The position numbers and the translations under genes are program-made. The notes under the pieces are model-generated. The model searched no databases. It was given only the letters and a program-made list of their open reading frames with translations, and was not told where the DNA came from. This document shows, piece by piece, positions 1 to 7,820 of a stretch of 12,194 bases of DNA. Every line of letters begins with the position of its first letter. Position 1 is the first letter of the stretch. Source of the DNA: Campylobacterota bacterium (GTDB taxonomy: Bacteria > Campylobacterota > Campylobacteria > Campylobacterales > Sulfurovaceae); the NCBI GenBank assembly GCA_034722955.1, contig JAYEOM010000082.1:1-12194 (forward strand). Direction: 5' to 3'.

Positions 1-127
1 TATGATCACTATGATTTGAGTCAAATACCTTTACGGAAGCTCCAAATTCACGCATATCACCATCTATATCTGTTAATGCTTCAAGGTAACCTGTAAGAAA
101 CATAGTATAATCATTATTAGATTTCAT
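1..127 (-). CDS. Hypothetical protein, 5' part only (runs off the window); MKSNNDYTMFLTGYLEALTDIDGDMREFGASVKVFDSNHSDH...
   Basis: Not in the ORF track; translated by hand. The ATG at 127-125 overlaps the TGA (126-124) of the upstream gene (ATGA coupling), is preceded by GAGGA-taaaacc, and the frame is open to base 1. Confidence 0.7.
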   Translation of the reverse strand, partial: MKSNNDYTMFLTGYLEALTDIDGDMREFGASVKVFDSNHSDH

Positions 128-576
128 GGTTTTATCCTCATTTGTAACTCAAAAACATCCCTCTCAATCTCCCTCTTCAACTCCTCTTCACTAGGCAAAT
201 ACAACTGATATTTAGAGACAAAAAGATTGGTATCATTAATGCTAGAGTATTTCACCACCGTATTATCTTTATCAGCACAGAGGATAATACCAATAGTAGG
301 ATTATCACTCTTATCTTTCTCCAAATCATCAAACATATTGACATACATATCCATCTGCCCTATGTCTTGATGGGTCAGTTTACCTCTTTTTAAATCCACA
401 ATAACAAAACATTTTAAAATGTAGTTATAAAAAACCAAATCTATATAAAAATCACTTAGTTCGGTCTTGATTCTCTTTTGACGACTCACAAATGATTCAT
501 TTCTTGACTTTTGTAGTATCAGTTTGATATCATCATAAAATTTACTATCTATTGCTTCTATCTGATTTTTACTCAT
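124..576 (-). CDS. YhcG/DUF1016-family PD-(D/E)XK nuclease-domain protein, internally deleted (possible pseudogene)
   Basis: C-terminal motifs FVSRQKRI, FYIDLVFYNYILKCFVIVDLK, DIGQMDMY, DNPTIGIILC and SKYQLYLPSEEEL are typical of YhcG_C. The first ~27 aa (FYDDIKLILQKSRN) resemble the extreme N-terminus of the family. It is 150 aa versus roughly 330-350 aa for typical members. Confidence 0.85.
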   Translation of the reverse strand: MSKNQIEAIDSKFYDDIKLILQKSRNESFVSRQKRIKTELSDFYIDLVFYNYILKCFVIVDLKRGKLTHQDIGQMDMYVNMFDDLEKDKSDNPTIGIILCADKDNTVVKYSSINDTNLFVSKYQLYLPSEEELKREIERDVFELQMRIKP

Positions 577-579
577 CTC

Positions 580-801
580 TCATCTCAACAAAATCTTAGA
601 ATTAATCTCTACATGCAAAGATGGGGCAACATCTTTAATCTTTACTTTTGTCCCATCTGCAAAGACTTCATATATCGTATCATCTACTACCTCTAAGACA
701 CTATCTCCAGATGCTAAAGTATCAAGATAAGCTTTTTGCATAGCACCTTTTGCAAGTAGCGGGATAAACTCTTCTAAATTATCAAGCTCTATATCTTTCA
801 T
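580..801 (-). CDS. Small acidic hypothetical protein (73 aa)
   Basis: ATG with AAGGA RBS, plausible upstream promoter, and a stop 3 nt before the next start codon. Protein-like composition. Confidence 0.75.
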   Translation of the reverse strand: MKDIELDNLEEFIPLLAKGAMQKAYLDTLASGDSVLEVVDDTIYEVFADGTKVKIKDVAPSLHVEINSKILLR

Positions 802-825
802 AGGTAAATTCCTTTAAAGTTTACT

Positions 826-834
826 AGTTTATCA
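826..834 (-). promoter_or_regulatory. Putative extended -10 promoter (TGaTAAACT) for the 801->1 operon
   Basis: Minus strand reads TGATAAACT about 25 nt upstream of the ATG at 801. It overlaps an inverted repeat TTTATC-N10-GATAAA (828-849), and TTTTAAG lies further upstream. Confidence 0.45.
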
Positions 835-872
835 TAAATTAACGATAAATCCCCCTATGCAACTTAAAATAC

Positions 873-3461
873 TCATCTCTCATCCTCTGTCGCCTCATCC
901 TGACTCTTGACCGGTGGCAGTGGAGCGAAGTAGCCTACTAGTAGGAGAAGTGTTCCTACTACAAGGAAAGAGATGATCCTCTCTACTGTACCACTGCCTG
1001 ATAACTCTACAAGAAATAGTTTGATCACTACGACTACCAACAGTCCAAAACCTGATATCCAGAGTGAACGGCTGCGGTAGTGCTTGGCGAGTAACATCAG
1101 CATGATGGCCAGCAGACTCCATAGTATAGAGAGTCCTGCCTGAAAAAATAGACTCTCCCAGAGTACTGATAGTCTATACTCAACACTGCGCAGTAGGTGT
1201 ATAGAGCGTGCGAAAATGACACTGCTCAGCAGTATAAGCATCACCCCCATAACTGCATAAAATAGACTTCGTGTTGTTGATACAAACTGACTCTGGAGGG
1301 TTCTAAACCAATAGATCATCATACCCATACCTGCTATCTGCATGAGATCGAGAGGATTGAGTAGCGGGATATATGGCAGAGGTGCAGGATCACCGGCTAT
1401 CCAAAATGCAGATAACTCCCAGAAAAAGAGGAGAGATACGAGACCACCGACACCAACCAACTGATACTGCTCTCTATATGGCATCTTCTTGAGCAGCATG
1501 ATTACTAAAGCGAGCAGTAGAGGTATGAGTGCCGTAGAGAGAGTCATCCATGTAGGGTTGTCTGTCCACCTAGAAACTACATATTGCAGCTCCCTGATAC
1601 CGATCAGTGCAGCAAGCCATAAACTAGAGATGTGAATATAGACAGTATACCTCCAAACTTTGTCAAAGTGATAGAGAAGAGTATAGTTGATGATGAAGAA
1701 GATACCCAATGCCCACCCTCCGAAGCCTGCAAAAGGGTGAGAGATACGGTAGTGATCAAGCATAGTATAGATCAAAAATGCACCTATAGGCAGATATATC
1801 TGGAGTGCAGTAGTGAGCAGTCCCCACCGGCGTAGAGTTGCGACTACTGCGAGTATAGAGGCACCCGCAGCGATATATATCAATATAGCATTGGCATAGA
1901 TGAGCGGTAGTGATACAATCTCCTGATAGCCACCAATGAGCCAAATGACAACTGCAGCGATCAATAAAATAGTAGGTGAGCTAGCATCATCTTGTGAGAG
2001 TTGATCTCTATGTGTATCGAGTAGATAGGAGGAGATGAGTGCTGAAATTGTTATGATCATATATCCCAAATATTGTGTATTGATAAATGCCATTGCTGTA
2101 TTGTGGTCTATGCTGGTTGAAGGGTAGAGCAAGATAGAGATACTCAGTAGCACTTCTCCAAAGTAGCGTGCATAGGTACGAGACTGCTTGAGTGCGATCC
2201 AGATGATAGCACTACCCTCCAGAGCCCAGAGAGCAGCAGTGAGATCAGCATCGAAAGCATAAGGGATAGATATCGTATAGAAGACAATACCCAGTGCCAA
2301 AAATGCCTGAGAGAGGATGTTCATCTTTGGATGGTTATATAGGAGTTTTGCCAAGATCAAGTAGAGTGTACCTAGAGCTACAGCACTATAAGCAGCACCA
2401 TACTCTATCTCATTGACAAGTTCTACCTGTAGAGGAAAAGCTATCAGAGGCAGACCAAAAACCAGTGTACCATCGACTAAATTTTGTGGTTTGAAAGGGT
2501 ATTTGAGTGTAAAGAGTATGGAGACAGCAAGATACATCGAGTAGTATAGTATCAAGAAGGGTTCTGTCGAGTTGAAATACTCAGGCTGATACCTCAGTAT
2601 ACCCCATACCGTAGCTATGACAAAGGTGAAGATAAAGCCAGTGAGATTGAGCATACGCCAAGAGCGATACCACGCCATGATAAAGATACCGATATTCAGC
2701 AGAGCATAATAGCTAAAGAGGATCTTATGCGAACCACTCCCGTCAGAGGTGAGGATAGGTACCAGAAAGCCGCCTGCCGTAGCGAAAAGTGCCAGAGAGA
2801 GGGAGTTTTGGATGAGTGCGAGTATAGATCCTATCACTACAGTGATGAGCATCAATAGAAAAGCTACATTTAGTGACAAGAGAGCAAAAAACTTCGCCGC
2901 ACTGAAGATGACGAGATAGAGAGTAGCTATACCCAACCCCTGCAGTATCAATCCGTAACTCCCCTCTCTCTCCCTAAGTATCCATCCTAAGGATATGAGT
3001 CCTACCCCTATAGCAGCGACACTCAAAAGTCGAATCTCCATACTGATGGCACTATGCTCTGCCGCATATTTGACGAGAAATGCCAATCCAAAGAAGAGGA
3101 TCACCCCTCCTACTCTCACGAGAAGATTTCCCTGAGTGAAGTACTCTTTGATGAAGCCAAGTATGCCCAAAGAGGAGGCTTCCGGGCTTTGGGATGTTTC
3201 TCTGTAGGGTTCTACCTCTTCTGTTGCCTCTAACTCTGCCGGCTCTGTGATGAACTCTTCTGTCGCAATGGCTCTCTTGCTCTCCTCTAAATCTATATCA
3301 TTATGATAGATATCCCCAACACTCTGTTCATCTCCATCCTCTTTGGTATACTCATCTCTCTCTTGCAAAAGGATCGTGATCTCCTCTTGGAGACGATGAA
3401 GTTTGTTCTGCAGGCTATAGACCCACATCGCCAGTGCGATCAAGATCAGTGTATTCAGCAT
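873..3461 (-). CDS. DUF2339 domain-containing polytopic membrane protein
   Basis: N-terminal TM segment, acidic linker, then GNLLVRVGGVILFFGLAFLVKYA, GFLVPILTSDGSG, ALWALEG, YIPLLNPLDL and C-terminal KLFLVELSGSGTVERIISFLVVGTLLLLVGYFAPLPP, all typical of DUF2339. Start is ATG 3461 (TGATG overlap with aas) or TTG 3464, with an AAGGAG RBS upstream. Confidence 0.9.
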   Translation of the reverse strand: MLNTLILIALAMWVYSLQNKLHRLQEEITILLQERDEYTKEDGDEQSVGDIYHNDIDLEESKRAIATEEFITEPAELEATEEVEPYRETSQSPEASSLGILGFIKEYFTQGNLLVRVGGVILFFGLAFLVKYAAEHSAISMEIRLLSVAAIGVGLISLGWILREREGSYGLILQGLGIATLYLVIFSAAKFFALLSLNVAFLLMLITVVIGSILALIQNSLSLALFATAGGFLVPILTSDGSGSHKILFSYYALLNIGIFIMAWYRSWRMLNLTGFIFTFVIATVWGILRYQPEYFNSTEPFLILYYSMYLAVSILFTLKYPFKPQNLVDGTLVFGLPLIAFPLQVELVNEIEYGAAYSAVALGTLYLILAKLLYNHPKMNILSQAFLALGIVFYTISIPYAFDADLTAALWALEGSAIIWIALKQSRTYARYFGEVLLSISILLYPSTSIDHNTAMAFINTQYLGYMIITISALISSYLLDTHRDQLSQDDASSPTILLIAAVVIWLIGGYQEIVSLPLIYANAILIYIAAGASILAVVATLRRWGLLTTALQIYLPIGAFLIYTMLDHYRISHPFAGFGGWALGIFFIINYTLLYHFDKVWRYTVYIHISSLWLAALIGIRELQYVVSRWTDNPTWMTLSTALIPLLLALVIMLLKKMPYREQYQLVGVGGLVSLLFFWELSAFWIAGDPAPLPYIPLLNPLDLMQIAGMGMMIYWFRTLQSQFVSTTRSLFYAVMGVMLILLSSVIFARSIHLLRSVEYRLSVLWESLFFQAGLSILWSLLAIMLMLLAKHYRSRSLWISGFGLLVVVVIKLFLVELSGSGTVERIISFLVVGTLLLLVGYFAPLPPVKSQDEATEDER

Positions 3462-6400
3462 CAAGGTGTCTCTCCTTTTTCAAAATATTGCTGGGCAATA
3501 ATTTTAGCTTTTTTGAAGTCTGTTTTTCCGCTCCCTAGTTTTGGCAACTCCTCTACTTGGATGAGTCTGCTAGGTTTCATAAGGGGGATGATATCACTCT
3601 CTTTGATCGCTTTGACTATCTCATCATGTCTCAAGTCACTGCTATAGAGCAGTATGATCTGCTCTCCTTTTTTGGGGTCATTGATAGCAGTCGCCACCAG
3701 TGTAACCTGATCTCCAAAGAGTAGTGATATCTGCTCCTCGACACTCCCTAGACTGATCATCTCACCACCGATCTTGGCAAAGCGACTATAGCGGTCAACG
3801 ATAGTGATGAAACCATCACTATCAACATGCCCTTTGTCTCCTGTGAGGTAGTATCGTATACCCTCTTGTGACCAGATAACCTCTTGGCTCTTCTCTGCAT
3901 CATCCAAGTAGCCCTGCATCACTTGAGTGCCACCGACGATGATGAGACCATCCTCTCCTATAGGCAACTCCTGCATTGTATCGGGATCGACGATCTTGAC
4001 TACAGTACCAGGCAGTGCTTGTCCTACAGTTCCGGCTTTGTTGGCGATGATAGGTTGCATTGTGTCGATATCTAACCTATCGGGCATATTGACCGAGATG
4101 ACAGGAGAGGTCTCCGTGGCACCATACCCTTCGAAGATCTCCAGAGAAAACTTCTCTCTAAATGCCTGCTTGATCTCCGGCTTTAGCTTCTCTGCTCCTG
4201 CTACAACCATACGGAGACTCTCTAGCATGAGCGGATGGAGTTTTCTATTTCGTGTATAGAGTCTGAAAAAGGTAGATGTCCCGAACATGATCGTAGCTCT
4301 ATATCTCGCTGTGAGTTTACCTATAGCCAAAGCATCGGTAGGATCAGGAGCACTGACCATAGTGATCCCCTCTGTGAGTGGCAGCAGTGTAGTGACAGTC
4401 AAACCAAAGGAGTGAAATATCGGTAGTGAGTTTAGTATCACATCATCATCTTGAAAGTTGAGGAGTGCCGAGACTTGTTTGATATTGGCAAGTAGATTTT
4501 TGTGTGTCAGCGTGATCCCTTTGGGTGTCCCTTCACTACCACTGCTGAAGAGAATAGTCGCCACATCATCGATAGATACATCTTCAAAGTAGAGCTTCTC
4601 GATCATCCATGATGGGAGGAGATAAGCTTGCAGTAGAGATATGGTTTTGTCTGTTTTGCCAAATGAACTGCCGATAGACTCAACACTCAATAGTCTATCT
4701 CCCAATGTATCCGAGAAGTCAAAACCTTTGGCTTTAAGTTTGGTGATGAATGTATCGGAGCTGATGACAGTTTGGATATTTGCCTTTTTGATAGCCCCTG
4801 CCATAGCATCTTTGGATAGTGTATAGTTGAGGTTGACAGGGCGTTTCCCAAGGATAAGAAGTGCCATATTGAGGATAGAGCCGATCGATGAAGAGGGGAG
4901 TAGCAGAGCAGTATTCTCTTCATCTCTTAGAGACTTTTTGAGAGCTTTGACAAAGAGAAGTACAGCAGTAATCATCTTGGCATTATTGAGATCTGTACCC
5001 AATGCATCGACAACAGATCGTTTTGAGAGTTGCGATTTGGATCGTCTGAGCCAGTGGTACTGTAGAGGTCTGCTCTGTGAGATCGTCTCTTCCCAAGTAC
5101 CTAGAGAGAGTTTTTTGACCTTTTGTTTGAGTTGCTCTGCTTTGGTGTCAGCAGAGATGGCTTCTCCAAATGTGACGATAATATCCCGTTTGCCTCTATC
5201 TTTGGAGATGACTCTGTACTGCTCTTTGGCTCTAGAGAATGTAGAGCCCCAAAGACCATGGAGATAGAATGGTATGATAGGGTATTGGCTTCCTGCCACA
5301 GCAAGCTCATAACCTCTTTTGAACTCACCTAGCTGACCATTGTAGCTGATGTGTCCCTCTGGAAATAGTGCAACAACTTCACCACTATCCAGTCGTACCC
5401 GTATCTGCTCAATAGCTCCTCTGCTTGTTGTGCTTGAGATAGGTATGACATTGAAGAGTTTGAGGAAGCTACGCAGATACCAGCGGTTGTAGATACTCTT
5501 GATCATGACAAATTTGATGGCTCGCGGAGAAGCTACCTGGAGTATCAGCCAGTCGATCCAGCTGACATGGTTGCCGAGCATCAGAGCACCTCCGCTCTGA
5601 GGAAGATTTTCAAGCCCTTTGACATGGAGTCGATAGCGACTCTTGAGAATAGGTATCAACAAAATCCGTGCAAAGAGATGAGGTAACTCTCGCATAGCAT
5701 ATATGGATCCGATGAGTGTGATCGCACCAGCAGTCAAAAAGAGTGTAGTGCTGCTCCAGCCCAACTGCACCAGTACGATAGAGAGCAGGAGGAAGAGTAT
5801 CATGATGATATTTTGGATAAAGTTATTACCCGCTAGTATCATACCCAGCTGTGATGATTTGGCAAAGTATTGGATAGAGGCGTTGAGAGGCACTATGAAG
5901 AGTCCGCCAAAAAATCCAAAAGCGATACTAGATACTCCCATAGTTACGATATGAGTGGAAAATCCAAAGAGTATAAGTGATGCAAATATCCCAAATGCAC
6001 CCAGCGGAACGATACCCAGTTCGATATGCTGTTTTGACCAGCGACCAGCTAAGATAGAACCTAGTATCAGACCTATGGCACTCACTGCGAGTATGGCTTG
6101 GATCGTTATGGCGTTTGCATCTCCTGTCATCTCTTTGTAGTGTGCAGGGAAAGCAGCGATGATCATCTGACCTACACCCCAAAATATACCTAGTCCAAAG
6201 ATACTCAACCATATATTTCTATCAGAGCGTAGGAGTGTGAGATTGGATTTGAGGTAGTTGAGAGTGAGATAATTTTTGATCTCAAATCTCATCTCACTCT
6301 CTTTTGGTTCTATCAACGGCAGTCTGTAACTCAAGAGTGCCTCAATGGCAGTGAGTACGATCAGCATCCACCCTATAGGTACAATATTACCCAAGATCAC

Positions 6401-6919
6401 TCCAGGCTGACCGCCTCCTTGGTAGTAGTATTCAAATACAATAGAGAAGAGGATAGAGCTCGCAAGGATAGCAACGATAGTTATAGCTTGTACTATACCG
6501 TTGGCACTACCAAGGTTGTTGGCACCTACAAGCTCTTTGATGAGTCCATATTTTGCTGGTGAGTATAGTGCACTCTGTATCGCTAGAACAAAGGTGAGAA
6601 AAAAAGCAAAATAGAACCACCCCTGTGCATAACTTATAGTGATCAGGATAGCTATGACAACTGCAATTTGTGCTGTATATCGGATGATGATACTTTTGGC
6701 AAACTTGTCACTTAGATATCCAGAGGGTGAAAATAGCAATATAAACGGCAGGAGGATCATCGCATTGATAGCCGCTGTGAGGATGATGAGTGTATCCCCT
6801 TCAAAGCTCTTGAGTAGGACATTTTGGATAGTGATCTTGTGTCCTATATCTACGGTGGCATTGATCAGCAGTATAAACAGATAGGGCAAAAAGCCACGAA
6901 TAGTTAAAAGTGTTTTCAT
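3461..6919 (-). CDS. aas: Acyl-[ACP]--phospholipid O-acyltransferase / acyl-ACP synthetase with fused N-terminal MFS (LplT-like) domain
   Basis: About 410-aa MFS domain (GYLSDKF, SALYSPAKYG); PlsC motifs NHVSWID and FPEG; adenylation motifs FSSGSEGTPKG, EGYGATE, TGD, DRYSRFAKIGGE and KLGSGK. AAGGA RBS, and ATGA overlap with the upstream regulator's stop. Confidence 0.93.
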   Translation of the reverse strand: MKTLLTIRGFLPYLFILLINATVDIGHKITIQNVLLKSFEGDTLIILTAAINAMILLPFILLFSPSGYLSDKFAKSIIIRYTAQIAVVIAILITISYAQGWFYFAFFLTFVLAIQSALYSPAKYGLIKELVGANNLGSANGIVQAITIVAILASSILFSIVFEYYYQGGGQPGVILGNIVPIGWMLIVLTAIEALLSYRLPLIEPKESEMRFEIKNYLTLNYLKSNLTLLRSDRNIWLSIFGLGIFWGVGQMIIAAFPAHYKEMTGDANAITIQAILAVSAIGLILGSILAGRWSKQHIELGIVPLGAFGIFASLILFGFSTHIVTMGVSSIAFGFFGGLFIVPLNASIQYFAKSSQLGMILAGNNFIQNIIMILFLLLSIVLVQLGWSSTTLFLTAGAITLIGSIYAMRELPHLFARILLIPILKSRYRLHVKGLENLPQSGGALMLGNHVSWIDWLILQVASPRAIKFVMIKSIYNRWYLRSFLKLFNVIPISSTTSRGAIEQIRVRLDSGEVVALFPEGHISYNGQLGEFKRGYELAVAGSQYPIIPFYLHGLWGSTFSRAKEQYRVISKDRGKRDIIVTFGEAISADTKAEQLKQKVKKLSLGTWEETISQSRPLQYHWLRRSKSQLSKRSVVDALGTDLNNAKMITAVLLFVKALKKSLRDEENTALLLPSSSIGSILNMALLILGKRPVNLNYTLSKDAMAGAIKKANIQTVISSDTFITKLKAKGFDFSDTLGDRLLSVESIGSSFGKTDKTISLLQAYLLPSWMIEKLYFEDVSIDDVATILFSSGSEGTPKGITLTHKNLLANIKQVSALLNFQDDDVILNSLPIFHSFGLTVTTLLPLTEGITMVSAPDPTDALAIGKLTARYRATIMFGTSTFFRLYTRNRKLHPLMLESLRMVVAGAEKLKPEIKQAFREKFSLEIFEGYGATETSPVISVNMPDRLDIDTMQPIIANKAGTVGQALPGTVVKIVDPDTMQELPIGEDGLIIVGGTQVMQGYLDDAEKSQEVIWSQEGIRYYLTGDKGHVDSDGFITIVDRYSRFAKIGGEMISLGSVEEQISLLFGDQVTLVATAINDPKKGEQIILLYSSDLRHDEIVKAIKESDIIPLMKPSRLIQVEELPKLGSGKTDFKKAKIIAQQYFEKGETP

Positions 6920-7599
6920 AAATGATCCTTCTTGGGTAGAGTCTTTTTATCACTCTTCTGATAAGCTGTGAGTGTTTGCATATTGAAAAGGTAGGGTTTG
7001 AGTATCAGTGTAGTATCAAAGAGTGTTTTGATAGTCTCATTCTCTCTATTTGGCTGGAGATCATCGAGAAGAGTATGTGCAGTAGTGACCTCTTTGGCGG
7101 CAAGTGCTTTTGCACTATGAACATAAGCATCAAGTATCTCTTGACCCAAAGAGAGTTTTTCCAGTGTCTGGAGTATCTCAATCATCTCTATCTCTTTATC
7201 GGTAAAGAGACCATCTCGCAAAAATAGAAGCTCTCTATGTAGATACTCATTTAGTTTCTCTAGAGATATATCACACTTTTTGCAAGCCTCAGCTTCTGTA
7301 TAAGTTTTGAGATGAGATGCCCCCATCAATATATCAAGAGCTCTCCATATCCCCTCAAATCCCTGATCAAAACTAAAAGCTTGACTCTCCATGATGGTTT
7401 TGATCTCTGTGATAGAGGCATCAAACTGTTTCTGGAGATAAGCAATAAAGTTGATGCGTTCTACCATCTCTTCATCATAGAGGTGAAGGTTTGGTTTTGG
7501 TTTGTGAGGCTGAGGGAGTAGCCCCTCTTTTATATAGTAGAGTATGGTAGATTTTGGTGTATCTGTCTGTCTGACTAGTTCACTCATTTTGATCGGCAT
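6916..7599 (-). CDS. MerR-family transcriptional regulator (227 aa) with a probable second HTH
   Basis: N-terminal MerR HTH KMSELVRQTDTPKSTILYYIKEGLLP. The start is reassigned to ATG 7599 because AAGGAG lies 5 nt upstream and the ORF-track TTG at 7656 is the -35 box. Confidence 0.9.
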   Translation of the reverse strand: MPIKMSELVRQTDTPKSTILYYIKEGLLPQPHKPKPNLHLYDEEMVERINFIAYLQKQFDASITEIKTIMESQAFSFDQGFEGIWRALDILMGASHLKTYTEAEACKKCDISLEKLNEYLHRELLFLRDGLFTDKEIEMIEILQTLEKLSLGQEILDAYVHSAKALAAKEVTTAHTLLDDLQPNRENETIKTLFDTTLILKPYLFNMQTLTAYQKSDKKTLPKKDHL

Positions 7600-7616
7600 A
7601 GATGCTCCTTTGCGAT

Positions 7617-7646
7617 ATAGTACTGTAATAATAGTATAAAAACTAT
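7617..7646. promoter_or_regulatory. Putative operator: ATAGT/ACTAT half-site array overlapping the spacer, -10 and +1
   Basis: ATAGT-N6-ACTAT at 7631-7646 and near-palindrome ATAGTACTGT at 7617-7626. ATAGTA is directly repeated at 7617 and 7631. Confidence 0.55.
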
Positions 7647-7656
7647 AAAGTGTCAA
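7628..7656 (-). promoter_or_regulatory. Sigma70 promoter of the merR-aas-DUF2339 operon: TTGACA-N17-TATTAT
   Basis: Minus strand has a perfect TTGACA (7656-7651), a 17-nt spacer and TATTAT (7633-7628), 28 nt upstream of the ATG. Confidence 0.8.
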
Positions 7657-7777
7657 GTGTTACTCCACACTATTGATAATTTAGTCTCTACTGACTCTTC
7701 AAGTAATACTAAATCCAATTTAACTCATACACGCAAAACAATCTAAGCTTTTTATCGTATATGATTTAAATTGTATT

Positions 7778-7803
7778 TGGTATAACTATGGCATAATTCC
7801 ATA
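7778..7803 (+). promoter_or_regulatory. Candidate extended -10 region for elyC
   Basis: TGgTATAAC (7778-7786) and TGgCATAAT (7789-7797), the latter inside the inverted repeat TATGG-N7-CCATA (7787-7803). Neither is full consensus. Confidence 0.35.
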
Positions 7804-7820
7804 AAAAAAGATCATCACCT

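Noticed and set aside
3461..6919. MFS-acyltransferase-synthetase fusion as a novel architecture or NRPS-like enzyme
   Set aside because: This tri-domain Aas is already known, including in Campylobacterota, and no carrier or condensation domains are present.
895..7521. Numerous short antisense or alternate-frame ORFs inside DUF2339, aas and merR
   Set aside because: They are fully overlapped by well-supported genes and have no recognisable motifs; typical shadow ORFs.
7600..7656. 19-aa N-terminal extension of the MerR ORF (TTG start at 7656)
   Set aside because: That TTG is part of the TTGACA -35 box. The strong RBS and the HTH both point to ATG 7599.
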